Positions 39,104 through 48,320 of a stretch of 64,000 nucleotides of DNA are shown here, piece after piece. Numbering within the stretch: the first letter of the stretch is position 1; each line of letters starts with the position of its first letter. The notes below the pieces were generated by a model. It had not been told where the DNA came from. It searched no databases and saw nothing but the letters and a program-made list of their open reading frames with translations. A program made the translations under genes and the position numbers. The stretch comes from Candidatus Aminicenantales bacterium (GTDB lineage: Bacteria; Acidobacteriota; Aminicenantia; Aminicenantales; Saccharicenantaceae), in assembly GCA_049512315.1 (NCBI GenBank), contig JBEKXF010000005.1, positions 1 through 64,000 of the forward strand, read 5' to 3'.

Positions 39104-39535
39104 TCAATCCGGGGGGACGAGGCGATATTTCGCCACGATGGGGACGCTCGCTTTGAGCATGACCCAGACGGGGCAAAAGCGGTCTTCCGACAGGGCGAAG
39201 GCCTTCTCGACCGCGGCGCCGTCGACCCGGCCGCCTCGGAACTCGAAGTCGAGCTCGACGGAGATCAGGACCATCGGGTGGACCTCGCGCTTGTCCCCGC
39301 GGGCCCGCACGGTGAGCCCCTGGACCTCCTGGCCCATCCTTTTCAAGAGCCCGACGACGACCTGGCCGCTGCAGCCGACGAGGCTCGTCAGGAGAAGCTC
39401 GAGGGGGGTAAAGCCGGCCACCGTTTCGCCCTCGTGGGCAAAATCGATATCCACCGTCTTCCCGGACCGGGACGACCTCCCTTCAAGCCGCATCCCGCCC
39501 CGGAAGACGGCTTCTGCCTGGACCTCTAAAGACAT
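39104..39535 (-). CDS. OsmC family protein
   Basis: PLELLLTSLVGCSG and RFCPV, two-Cys OsmC/YhfA pattern. Confidence 0.85.
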   Translation of the reverse strand: MSLEVQAEAVFRGGMRLEGRSSRSGKTVDIDFAHEGETVAGFTPLELLLTSLVGCSGQVVVGLLKRMGQEVQGLTVRARGDKREVHPMVLISVELDFEFRGGRVDGAAVEKAFALSEDRFCPVWVMLKASVPIVAKYRLVPPD

Positions 39536-39705
39536 CTCCGCTCTCCTTTCGGCCCGCGGCTGCCGGGCTTCCACAGGTAGTATCCAACATGGAGACGGGC
39601 GCGTCAATGAGCGGCCGGGCACGGGCGGGAGCCGGCGGAAGATGCGTTGACTGCGAAGGACCGGCCGGGATATCATTCCCTCACATCGAACGAACGGGAG
39701 TCCCC

Positions 39706-41583
39706 ATGAGATGTCCTTTTCCAAAAACGCGAACGGTCCTTATCGGCCTGGCCCTCGTTGCCGCTCTTGCGGCTTTCGCCCGGATGGGGCCGCCCGGCCA
39801 AACCCCCTCAGTCGTCAGCCCCGAGTTCACGGAAACGCGGGCGATGATCCCGATGCGGGACGGGGTGAAGCTGCACACAGTCATCTTCAGGCCGAAGAAG
39901 GCCCTTCCGCCCCTTCCCTTTCTGCTCATGCGGACGCCTTACGGGGCGCCGTCATCCCCCCGCCCCCTGACGTCCGAGCCCTACAAGGAGCTCGTCGAGG
40001 AGGGCTACATCTTCGTCTTCCAGGACATCCGCGGGCGCTACCGGTCCGAAGGCCGCTTCTTGATGCAAAGGCCGCCCCGAGACAGGCGTGACCCCCGGGC
40101 GATCGACGAGAGCACGGACGCCTACGACACCGTCGAATGGCTGCTCAAGAACGTCCCCGGGCACAACGGCCGCGTTGGCCTGATGGGGATTTCCTACGGC
40201 GGCTGGCTGACGGCGATGGCCATGCTCGATCCCCATCCGGCCGTCAAGGCGGTGTCGCCGCAGGCCTCTCCGGCGGACATGTACCTCGGGGACGACTTCC
40301 ATCACAACGGCGCTTTCCGGTTGAGCTACGGCTTCGAGTATGCCGCGATGATGGAGACGTCCAAGGAGAATGCGTCCTTCCGCTTCGATAATTTTGACAC
40401 GTACGAGTGGTACCTCCGCCTCGGCCCCCTGGCCACGGTGAACGAAAAATACCTTCTCGGCAAGATCCCGAGCTGGAACGATTTCGTCGCCCACCCGAAC
40501 TACGACGCCTTCTGGCAGAAACAGGCGATGGCCTCATATCTGACGCGGGTGACGGTCCCGACGCTGGATGTCGCCGGCTGGTGGGACCAGGAGGATTTCT
40601 ACGGGCCGCAGAAGATCTACGAGACGCTCGAGCCGCTCGACCGCGGGAAGATGAACTTTTTCGTCGCGGGCCCGTGGAACCACGGCGGCTGGATGAAGGA
40701 CGACGGAAGCATCCTGGGAAGGATCAAGTTCGGCGGCAATACCTCGAAATACTTCCGGGAGAAGATCCAGGCTCCCTTTTTCGCCTATTACCTCAAGGGC
40801 AAGGGCCGCTGGGAGGTCCCGGAGGCGATCACGTTCGAAACGGGGACTAACTCCTGGGAGGTCTACGACGAATGGCCGCCCCGCAAGCTGACCGAGGACC
40901 GCGGCCTTTATTTCCGGGAGGACGGTGGGTTGTCATTCGAAGCCCCCACCCTGGAAGACGGCGAGGCGTTCGACAGCTACGTCTCCGACCCGGCCCACCC
41001 GATGCCTTACCGCCCGCGGCCGGTCGAAGCGACCTACGATCCGCGCGGCTCCGGCTGGGGGACCTGGCTCGTCGGCGACCAGCGGTTCGCCCACCTGCGG
41101 CCGGACGTCCTGAGCTGGGAGACGGCGCCCCTCCTCGAAGACATCACCGTGACCGGCCGCATCCTGGCCCGCCTGTTCGCGTCGACGACGGGGACGGACA
41201 GTGACTGGATCGTCAAGCTGATCGATGTCTATCCCGAAAATTACACGGCCGAGCCCGCCATGGGGGGCTACCAGCTGATGATCGCCGACGAGGTTTTCCG
41301 CGGCAGGTTCCGGGCGAGCTTCGAGAAGCCCGAGCCGCTCGTCCCCGACCGCGTCACGGACTTCACGATCGACCTCCACGCGGCGGACCACTGTTTTCTC
41401 AAGGGCCACCGGATCATGGTCCAGGTCCAGAGCACCTGGTTCCCCCTGATCGACCGCAATCCGCAGACCTACGTCGAGAACATTTTCCTGGCCAAAGCCT
41501 CGGATTACCGGCCGGCCACCCAGCGCGTCTTTCGCTCCCGGGCGCATCCGTCGCAGATCGTGCTGCCGGTCCGGGTGCGCTGA
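39706..41583 (+). CDS. CocE/NonD family serine hydrolase (alpha-amino acid ester hydrolase-like, S15)
   Basis: IPMRDGVKL, RTPY, QDIRGRY.SEG, GISYGG, DDFHHNGAF, WDQED, GPWNHG, HCFLKGHRI. Confidence 0.9.
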   Translation: MRCPFPKTRTVLIGLALVAALAAFARMGPPGQTPSVVSPEFTETRAMIPMRDGVKLHTVIFRPKKALPPLPFLLMRTPYGAPSSPRPLTSEPYKELVEEGYIFVFQDIRGRYRSEGRFLMQRPPRDRRDPRAIDESTDAYDTVEWLLKNVPGHNGRVGLMGISYGGWLTAMAMLDPHPAVKAVSPQASPADMYLGDDFHHNGAFRLSYGFEYAAMMETSKENASFRFDNFDTYEWYLRLGPLATVNEKYLLGKIPSWNDFVAHPNYDAFWQKQAMASYLTRVTVPTLDVAGWWDQEDFYGPQKIYETLEPLDRGKMNFFVAGPWNHGGWMKDDGSILGRIKFGGNTSKYFREKIQAPFFAYYLKGKGRWEVPEAITFETGTNSWEVYDEWPPRKLTEDRGLYFREDGGLSFEAPTLEDGEAFDSYVSDPAHPMPYRPRPVEATYDPRGSGWGTWLVGDQRFAHLRPDVLSWETAPLLEDITVTGRILARLFASTTGTDSDWIVKLIDVYPENYTAEPAMGGYQLMIADEVFRGRFRASFEKPEPLVPDRVTDFTIDLHAADHCFLKGHRIMVQVQSTWFPLIDRNPQTYVENIFLAKASDYRPATQRVFRSRAHPSQIVLPVRVR

Positions 41584-41600
41584 GGGGCGGCGGCCCTCTC

Positions 41601-41855
41601 TCAGCGGACGAAGCGCTGCCAGAGGAACAGGACGATGATGGCCCCGATAATGGACAGGATGAACCCCGCCCGATGGAACATCGCGCCTTCCCTAGGCTTC
41701 CAGATCAGGCCGCCGATGACACCGCCGAGCAACGATCCGACAATCCCCAGCAGCGTCGTCAGGATGAATCCCATGTGTTGGACACCGGGCAGGATCGCGC
41801 GGGCGATCAGCCCGACAACGAAGCCTACGATGACCGACCAGATGAGATGGAACAT
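41601..41855 (-). CDS. GlsB/YeaQ/YmgE family stress-response membrane protein
   Basis: IVGFVVGLIARAILPG..GFILTTLLGIVGSLLGG..SIIGAIIVL; GAGGAGGGG SD. Confidence 0.88.
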   Translation of the reverse strand: MFHLIWSVIVGFVVGLIARAILPGVQHMGFILTTLLGIVGSLLGGVIGGLIWKPREGAMFHRAGFILSIIGAIIVLFLWQRFVR

Positions 41856-41980
41856 AATCCCCTCCTCTTCACTCCAGGCAACCGATTCGGCTGCCGGCTT
41901 ATAAAAGCAAAATGAACTTGAGTGCCCTGAGCGATTCCCTCCAGCCGCAGAGCTCAGGGTCAACCTCCAGAGACAGGAGG

Positions 41981-42010
41981 ATGATATGGCCGGTGGAGGG
42001 CAGATGTCAA
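41981..42010 (-). promoter_or_regulatory. Sigma70 promoter for the glsB-like gene
   Basis: Minus strand TTGACA-N18-TATCAT. Confidence 0.55.
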
Positions 42011-42059
42011 GAATGTGCAGGATCAGATACATAAGTGACACAGGAGACGCCGTTTTCTA

Positions 42060-44423
42060 TCAGATCTCCTGGTGCTCGGTGCGGCGGATGATCTCGTCCT
42101 GGAGCTCGGTGCTGCAGTCGACGAAGTAATCGCTGAAACCGGCCACGCGGACGATGAGATCCCGGTGCTTTTCGGGGAATTTTTGCGCTTCCCTCAGCGT
42201 GTCGGCCGTGACGACGTTGAACTGGATGTGGTGGCCCATCAGCCGGAAATACGATCGGACCAGGTCCTTGACCCCGGCCAGTCCGGTGTCGCCGGCGAGG
42301 AGCTGAGGCGTGAATTTCTGGTTAAGGAGCGTCCCGCCCGTCCTCACGTGGTCCATCTTGCCGAGCGACTTGATGACCGCCGTCGGCCCCTTCCGGTCGG
42401 CCCCCTGAACGGGCGACACGCCTTCGGAAACCGCGTCCCCGGCCAGCCGCCCGTCCGCCGTCGCGCCCGTGACCTTGCCGAAATAGACGTGGACCGTGGT
42501 CGGCAGGAGGTTGATCCTGTACTTGCCTCCCCTCGGCGTGGGCCGGCCGTCGACGGCCTCGAAATAGGCCTCGAAGACCTGCCTCATGAGATTGTCGGCA
42601 TAGTCGTCGTCGTTCCCGAACTTCGGCGTCCGGTTGAGGACGCGCTGGCGCAGGCTTTCGGACCCTTCAAAGTTCTTGGCCAAGGCCGTCAGCAATTCCT
42701 TCATCGTGAAGTGCCCGTGGTCATAGACGTTGAACCTGATGGCGCTCAGGACGTCGGTGATCGTCCCCATGCCGACGCCCTGGATATAGTTCGTGTTGTA
42801 GCGGGCGCCACCGGCGTGGTAGTCTTTTCCGTTCTTGATGCAGTCGTCGACGAGAATGGACAGGAAAGGCGCGGGCAGATAGGTCGCATAGAGCCTCTCG
42901 ATGACGTTGCTCCCCCGCACTTTGATGTCCGCGAAGTGCCGAATCTGCTTCCGGAAGGCCTCGAAGAGCTCATCGAAGGTCTTGAACGCCAGCGGGTCGC
43001 CGGTTTCGAGGCCGATCCTCTTCCCCGTCCTGGGGTCGAGGCCGTTGTTGAGGGAGATCTCGAAGACCTTGGGCAGGTTGAAATACCCCGTCAGAATATA
43101 GGCCTCCTTGCCGAAGGCCCCGGACTCGACGCAGCCGCTGGCCCCACCGTTCCGGGCGTCCTGGACGCTTTTTCCCTGGCGGACGAGCTCCTGGACGATG
43201 GCATCCGTGTTGAAGATCGAGGGCTGGCCGAACCCGGTCTTGACGATCCGCAGGGCCCGGAGAAGGAACGCATCCGGCCCCTTGGCGCTGATCTGGACCA
43301 TGGAGCTCGGCTGGAGGATGCGCATCTCCTCGATGACGTCGAGGATGAGGTAGGACAGATCGTTGACGCCGTCCGTTCCGTCTTCCTTCAGCCCGCCGAG
43401 GTTGATCAGGGCAAAATCAGTGTAAGTCCCGCTCTCCTCCGCCGTGACGCCGACCTTGGGGGGCGAGGGCTGGTTATTGAACTTGACCCAGAAGGCCTGG
43501 AGGAGCTCCCGGGCGCTTTCTTTCGTCAGCGTTCCGTCGGCGAGCCCCTTCTGGTAGAACGGCCAGAGGTGCTGGTCGAGCCGCCCCGGGTTGAAGGAGT
43601 CCCAGGTGTTGTATTCGGTGATGACGCCCAGGTGGACGAACCAGTAATACTGGAGGGCCTCCCAGAAGTCGCGCGGCGCGTGGGCCGGCACCCATTCGCA
43701 GACCTCGGCGATCCTCTCGAGCTCTTTCCTGCGGGCCGGGTCCTTCTCCGCGGCCGCGAGAGCCCTCGCCTTTTCGGCGTGCCGCCTGGCGAAAGCGATG
43801 ATCGCGTCCGCGCCGACGAGCATGGCTCTGAGCTCCTCCTGCTTGTCATAGGCCTCGGGGTCGTTCATGAAATCGAGGCCGCTCAGGGCGGTTTCGATAT
43901 CCTTCTTGAAGTCGAGCATGCCTTTCCGGTAGATCTTGCCGTCGAGGACGGTGTGGCCCGGTGCCCGCTGTTCCATGAACTCGGTAAAGACGCCGGCCTC
44001 GTAGGCGTCGATCCATTCCGGCGTCATCGCGGCGAAGATCCGCTCGCGCTGGGACCGGCCCTGCCAGGACGGGATGATCTCCTCCGCGTACAGCCGTCTC
44101 GTCTCATCATCCGAGGCGAAAGCCGTCTTTTTCCTGTCGTTGAGGTAGCGGAGGTCCTGGAGGGAATGGATGCAGACCTCGGGGTAGGTCGGCGTCGCCT
44201 TGGGGGCCGGGCCGCGCTCGCCGACGATGAGCTCGCTCTCGTTGAAGACGACGGCCTTGTGCTCCATGATGTGCTTGAAGGCCAGGGCGTGCCGCATGGC
44301 ATATGAGGCGTTCCTGGCCTCGGGCGTCTTGTAGAACTCCGTGAGAAGCTTGGCCCTTTCGACGCTGATCGTGGGCCGGGCGTCGAGCGTCTGCTGTCTC
44401 AGCTTCTTGATCCGTTCGTTCAT
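42060..44423 (-). CDS. hypD: Glycyl radical enzyme trans-4-hydroxy-L-proline dehydratase
   Basis: FTEFMEQRAPGHTV, WDSFNPGRLDQHL, ESGTYTDF, GGASGCVE, AYILTGY, LPTT, RVAGFS. These match the C. difficile HypD active-site set as recalled (H160, D278, S334, D339, F340, C434, E436, Y450, T645); ~787 aa. Confidence 0.9.
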   Translation of the reverse strand: MNERIKKLRQQTLDARPTISVERAKLLTEFYKTPEARNASYAMRHALAFKHIMEHKAVVFNESELIVGERGPAPKATPTYPEVCIHSLQDLRYLNDRKKTAFASDDETRRLYAEEIIPSWQGRSQRERIFAAMTPEWIDAYEAGVFTEFMEQRAPGHTVLDGKIYRKGMLDFKKDIETALSGLDFMNDPEAYDKQEELRAMLVGADAIIAFARRHAEKARALAAAEKDPARRKELERIAEVCEWVPAHAPRDFWEALQYYWFVHLGVITEYNTWDSFNPGRLDQHLWPFYQKGLADGTLTKESARELLQAFWVKFNNQPSPPKVGVTAEESGTYTDFALINLGGLKEDGTDGVNDLSYLILDVIEEMRILQPSSMVQISAKGPDAFLLRALRIVKTGFGQPSIFNTDAIVQELVRQGKSVQDARNGGASGCVESGAFGKEAYILTGYFNLPKVFEISLNNGLDPRTGKRIGLETGDPLAFKTFDELFEAFRKQIRHFADIKVRGSNVIERLYATYLPAPFLSILVDDCIKNGKDYHAGGARYNTNYIQGVGMGTITDVLSAIRFNVYDHGHFTMKELLTALAKNFEGSESLRQRVLNRTPKFGNDDDYADNLMRQVFEAYFEAVDGRPTPRGGKYRINLLPTTVHVYFGKVTGATADGRLAGDAVSEGVSPVQGADRKGPTAVIKSLGKMDHVRTGGTLLNQKFTPQLLAGDTGLAGVKDLVRSYFRLMGHHIQFNVVTADTLREAQKFPEKHRDLIVRVAGFSDYFVDCSTELQDEIIRRTEHQEI

Positions 44424-44425
44424 GG

Positions 44426-45331
44426 TCATCCTCCCCTTTGGACGTCGAAGCCCGCGCCGCGGAAGGCCGCTTCGATCGCGGCCAACCTCTCCTCGGAGGG
44501 GGCTTCAAAGGTCTTGAGACAGGACTCCTTGCCGAGCCGCCGGGCTTTCTCGTTCCCGCCGGAATGGTAAGGCAGGAGTCCGATATTCTTGATCTTCTTG
44601 AGGGACTTGAGAAAAGAGATGGTCCCGTCGATGTTCTTGTCGTCATCATTGACGCCGGCCATGAGCGGGATCCGGACCCAGACCTCGGTCCCGTTCGCGG
44701 CCAGGCGTTTGAGGTTCTCCAGGATGGGCCCGTTCGAGCTCCCGGTCAGCTCACGATGTTTCGCCTCGTCCATGACCTTGAGGTCGTAGAGGACGAGATC
44801 GGCCTTGGCCGCGATCTTCTCCAGGAGCGGGGCCGGCGTGAACCCGCAGATGTCGACGGCCGTGCGGATGCCCCGGCTCCGGAGCGCGCCGAGGAGCTCT
44901 TCAAGGAAGGCCGGCTGGGCCAGCGGGTCGCCGCCGGAGAACGTCGCCCCGCCGCCGGACTGTTCGTAAAAGATCCGGTCCCTCTCGATCTCCGCGACGA
45001 GGCCCTCAACCGCCATCTCGCGGCCGACGACCTGCATGGCGTCGTAAAGGCAGGCCTCGGCGCACTTGCCGCAAAGGTCGCACTTTTTCTTGTCGACGGC
45101 GACGGCCCCGTCCGCTGCCTTGGAAATGGCCCCGGGCGGGCAGGCGGCGAGGCAGGCATAGCAGCGGGAGCAGCGCGACGGCCAATGCATGAGCTCGGGG
45201 GCCTGGTCGATCCCCTCCGGGTTGTGGCACCAGAGGCAGCGCAGAGGACAGCCTTTGAGAAAAACGGTCGTCCGGATGCCCGGCCCGTCGTGGATCGAGT
45301 ATCGTTTGATGTCGAAAATTCGTCCGGTCAT
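44426..45331 (-). CDS. Glycyl-radical enzyme activating radical SAM protein (HypD activase)
   Basis: HDGPGIRTTVFLKGCPLRCLWCHNPE, ferredoxin insert CSRCYAC..C / CDLCGKC..C, SGGDP, LLPYH. Confidence 0.93.
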   Translation of the reverse strand: MTGRIFDIKRYSIHDGPGIRTTVFLKGCPLRCLWCHNPEGIDQAPELMHWPSRCSRCYACLAACPPGAISKAADGAVAVDKKKCDLCGKCAEACLYDAMQVVGREMAVEGLVAEIERDRIFYEQSGGGATFSGGDPLAQPAFLEELLGALRSRGIRTAVDICGFTPAPLLEKIAAKADLVLYDLKVMDEAKHRELTGSSNGPILENLKRLAANGTEVWVRIPLMAGVNDDDKNIDGTISFLKSLKKIKNIGLLPYHSGGNEKARRLGKESCLKTFEAPSEERLAAIEAAFRGAGFDVQRGG

Positions 45332-45408
45332 CTTTCGTCAGCTCCGGAAAATCCTTCCCGCTTTATCGCCCTGTAACTAATTATAGAATAATGCCTTTTG
45401 ATGGATAC

Positions 45409-45444
45409 CTGATTGTAATATATCAGATATCAGACGAAAATCAA
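45409..45444 (-). promoter_or_regulatory. Promoter with repeated TATCAGA boxes upstream of the activase-hypD operon
   Basis: Minus strand TTGATT-N16-TATATT with extended TGn; tandem TATCAGA x2 (45421-45434) and inverted CTGAT (45409-45413). Confidence 0.55.
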
Positions 45445-45663
45445 GCTCTTTTTAAATTTATTTTCTCCCTGCGGTGCCGGCAATTCCCCCTCGTGACATC
45501 AAGTCAGGACATTGGGTAATTCATTACTCATCATCGATCGGCCATAATTGGAAAAAACCTATACACTTTTGCCCTGATTTGGTGTAAAAAGCGCTTTTCA
45601 GGGCCGACGGCGAGCCGTAGAATTTGGGCGGAATTCCTGGCGCCGGAGACGCAAGGAGGCAAG

Positions 45664-47070
45664 ATGGACGATCGTCCGGCCTACAACATGCGCTACATCT
45701 GGCTGACGACTCTGGTCTCGGCCATGGGAGGCCTGCTCTTCGGCTACGATTGGGTGGTCATCGGCGGCGCCAAGCCCTTCTACGAAAAATTCTTCAACCT
45801 GACGACCCCGTCGGAGATCGGCTGGGCCATGAGCAGCGCCCTTGTCGGCTGCCTCCTCGGGTCCCTCGTTTCCGGGGCGCTCAGCGACCGGTTCGGCCGG
45901 AAGAAGCTCCTGATCCTTTCCGGCCTCCTGTTCACGGCGACCGGCATCCTGACCGCCCTGGCCCCGGATTTCACGTTCTTCGTCGTGAACCGGATCCTCG
46001 GCGGCATCGCCATCGGCCTGGCCTCGAACCTCTCCCCCATGTACATCGCCGAGATCTCGCCGGCCGAGGTCCGGGGGAAGTTCGTTTCGGTCAACCAGCT
46101 GACGATCGTCATCGGCATTCTCGCCGCCCAGCTGGTGAATTGGCTCATCGCCAGGCCGGTCACGGCCGGGGCCACCGCGGCCGAGATCCTTGGCTCCTGG
46201 AACGGTCAGGTCGGCTGGCGCTGGATGTTCGGGGCCGAGGCCGTGCCCGCCTTCTTCTTCTTTCTCCTGATGTTCACGGTCCCGGAGAGTCCGCGCTGGT
46301 TGGCCAAGAACGGCCGCGGCGGCGAGGCCGAAAAAGTCCTGGCCAAGGTCGGCGGCGCCGGTTTCGCAGGGAAGGCCATGGCCGAGATCCGCGGGACCCT
46401 CGCCGAGGCCGACGTCCAGAAGGTCCGCTTCCGCGCCCTCCTCGAGCCGGGCATGTCCAAGGTCCTTCTCATCGGGATCGTCCTGGCCGTCTACCAGCAG
46501 TGGTGCGGCATCAACGTCATTTTCTACTACGCCGAGGAGATCTTCTCGGCCGCCGGCTACGGCGTGAGCGACATCCTCTTCAACATCGTCATCACCGGCA
46601 CGGTCAACCTGATCTTCACCCTGGTCGCCATCCGGCTCGTGGACAGGCTCGGAAGGAAACCGCTGATGACGGCCGGGTCGGCGGGCCTGGCCGTGACCTT
46701 CGGGCTCATCGGCGCGAGCTACGCCGTCCACAGCCGGGGCCTTCATCTTCTCATCCTGGTCGTCCTCTCCATGGCGCTCTACGCGCTATCCCTGGCGCCC
46801 GTCACCTGGGTCCTTCTCTCGGAGATCTTCCCGAACCGGATCCGTGGCGCGGCCATGTCGGTCTCGACCTTCTCGCTCTGGTCGGCCTGCTTCGTCCTGA
46901 CCTACACGTTCCCCCATCTCAACAAGGGGCTCGGACCGGCCGGGACTTTCTGGATCTATGCCGGGATCAGCGTCTTCGGGTTCGTCTTCATCCGGAAGCG
47001 CCTCACGGAAACCAAGGGGAAGACCCTCGAGCGGATCGAGCACGAGCTCGTCGAAAAACGGCCGGCGTAG
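45664..47070 (+). CDS. Sugar porter family MFS transporter (XylE/AraE-like)
   Basis: GGLLFGYD, DRFGRKK, YIAEISP..RG, PESPRWL, QQWCGINVIFYYA, DRLGRK, SEIFP..RG, ETKGKTLE. Confidence 0.93.
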   Translation: MDDRPAYNMRYIWLTTLVSAMGGLLFGYDWVVIGGAKPFYEKFFNLTTPSEIGWAMSSALVGCLLGSLVSGALSDRFGRKKLLILSGLLFTATGILTALAPDFTFFVVNRILGGIAIGLASNLSPMYIAEISPAEVRGKFVSVNQLTIVIGILAAQLVNWLIARPVTAGATAAEILGSWNGQVGWRWMFGAEAVPAFFFFLLMFTVPESPRWLAKNGRGGEAEKVLAKVGGAGFAGKAMAEIRGTLAEADVQKVRFRALLEPGMSKVLLIGIVLAVYQQWCGINVIFYYAEEIFSAAGYGVSDILFNIVITGTVNLIFTLVAIRLVDRLGRKPLMTAGSAGLAVTFGLIGASYAVHSRGLHLLILVVLSMALYALSLAPVTWVLLSEIFPNRIRGAAMSVSTFSLWSACFVLTYTFPHLNKGLGPAGTFWIYAGISVFGFVFIRKRLTETKGKTLERIEHELVEKRPA

Positions 47071-47138
47071 GCGCCCGCGAGTGTTTTGACACCCGGAGCC
47101 GGCCATGGAATAATGCCCCCGGACGATAAGGAAAAGCG

Positions 47139-47891
47139 ATGCCAGGACCGGAGCCCTTGGAGATTCCGAAAGAAACGCCTCCGGTCGTCCCTCGGCCGCA
47201 GGGCCTTCTTCAGCGGCTCTATCGGGAAGAATGGGACGCGTGGCGCGCGCATTACCGGAGGTACTTCAAGCTCGCGGCCCGGGCCCTGGCGCTGGGATTC
47301 ATTCTCGGCTTCGTTTATTTCATGACCCGGCCGGCGCAGGAGAAGAAGGCCCTGGCCTTCGTCATGAAGTCCCTGAAAGACATCCCGCTCGGCGCCTCGC
47401 CCCTGGTCCTGGCCCTGACCCTCTTCTACCACAATGCGCGCGCCTCGGTCATCGCGGTGGCGGCCGGAGTGGTCCCTCTCGCCTGCCTTCCCGTCCTGGA
47501 CCCCCTCGCCAACGGGGCGACGCTGGGACTCCTCGCGTCCATATCGAAACACCAGGGCCTGAACGTTCCGCTGCTCTTTCTCAAGAGCGTCGCGCCCCAC
47601 GGGATCTTCGAGCTTCCGGCCGTCCTTTATGCGACGAGCGTCGGGATCTATCTTTCCCTGACCCTTGGGAAATTGGCCAAGGAGGCCTGGCGGAAAGGGG
47701 GGGGCCGGGAGCCGCAGGGATCGGAGGCGCCTCCTTCGGCGGAGGGTTTCTTGGAATCTCAGGCCGCCCGCGCGGACGACGATGCCGGAGACCTCGCGGG
47801 GAAGGTCGTCCGCTCGTTTGTGCTCGTCGTCCTGCCGCTCCTCCTCATCGCGGCCATCATCGAGGCCTGCATCACGCCGTTGCTGCGCTGA
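47139..47891 (+). CDS. SpoIIM-family membrane protein
   Basis: F.HN, NG..LG, PHGIFELPA, LL.IAA.IE..ITP. Confidence 0.85.
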   Translation: MPGPEPLEIPKETPPVVPRPQGLLQRLYREEWDAWRAHYRRYFKLAARALALGFILGFVYFMTRPAQEKKALAFVMKSLKDIPLGASPLVLALTLFYHNARASVIAVAAGVVPLACLPVLDPLANGATLGLLASISKHQGLNVPLLFLKSVAPHGIFELPAVLYATSVGIYLSLTLGKLAKEAWRKGGGREPQGSEAPPSAEGFLESQAARADDDAGDLAGKVVRSFVLVVLPLLLIAAIIEACITPLLR

Positions 47892-47938
47892 GCCCATCCT
47901 GGATCGGGCCTTGGAATATTCTCTCGACTGGAGGTCGC

Positions 47939-48310
47939 ATGAAATTCACGTTCGCCCACAATAACATCAACGTCCTGAACCTGGAGAGGAGCGTGGCCTT
48001 CTATAAATCCGCGCTCGGCCTCCAGGAGGTCCGCCGGCACCGGGCCGCCGACGGGAGCTTTGTCCTGGCCTTCCTCACGGACGGGACGACCGCCCATCGC
48101 CTCGAGCTGACCTGGCTCTCCGACCGCAAGGAGCCCTACGACCTCGGCGACAATGAGATCCACCTGGCTTTCACGGTCGACGACTTCGACGCGGCCCTCC
48201 GGAAGCACAAGGAGATGGGCGTCGTCTGCTACGAGAATCCCGGGATGGGGATCTACTTCATCGAAGATCCCGACGGCTACTGGGTCGAGATCCTGCCCGA
48301 AAAGCGTTGA
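47939..48310 (+). CDS. VOC family protein (lactoylglutathione lyase-like)
   Basis: HNNINV.NLERS..FY, LELTW, HLAF, FIEDPDGYWVEI. Confidence 0.88.
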   Translation: MKFTFAHNNINVLNLERSVAFYKSALGLQEVRRHRAADGSFVLAFLTDGTTAHRLELTWLSDRKEPYDLGDNEIHLAFTVDDFDAALRKHKEMGVVCYENPGMGIYFIEDPDGYWVEILPEKR

Positions 48311-48320
48311 CCGACCCTGC

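Noticed and set aside
42060..44423. Pyruvate formate-lyase or choline TMA-lyase call
   Set aside because: Single-Cys SGCVE loop rather than the PFL CC pair or CutC GCVEP; HypD-specific motifs are present.
47139..47891. Evidence of sporulation from SpoIIM
   Set aside because: SpoIIM-family membrane proteins are widespread in non-sporulating taxa, and the window encodes outer-membrane proteins.
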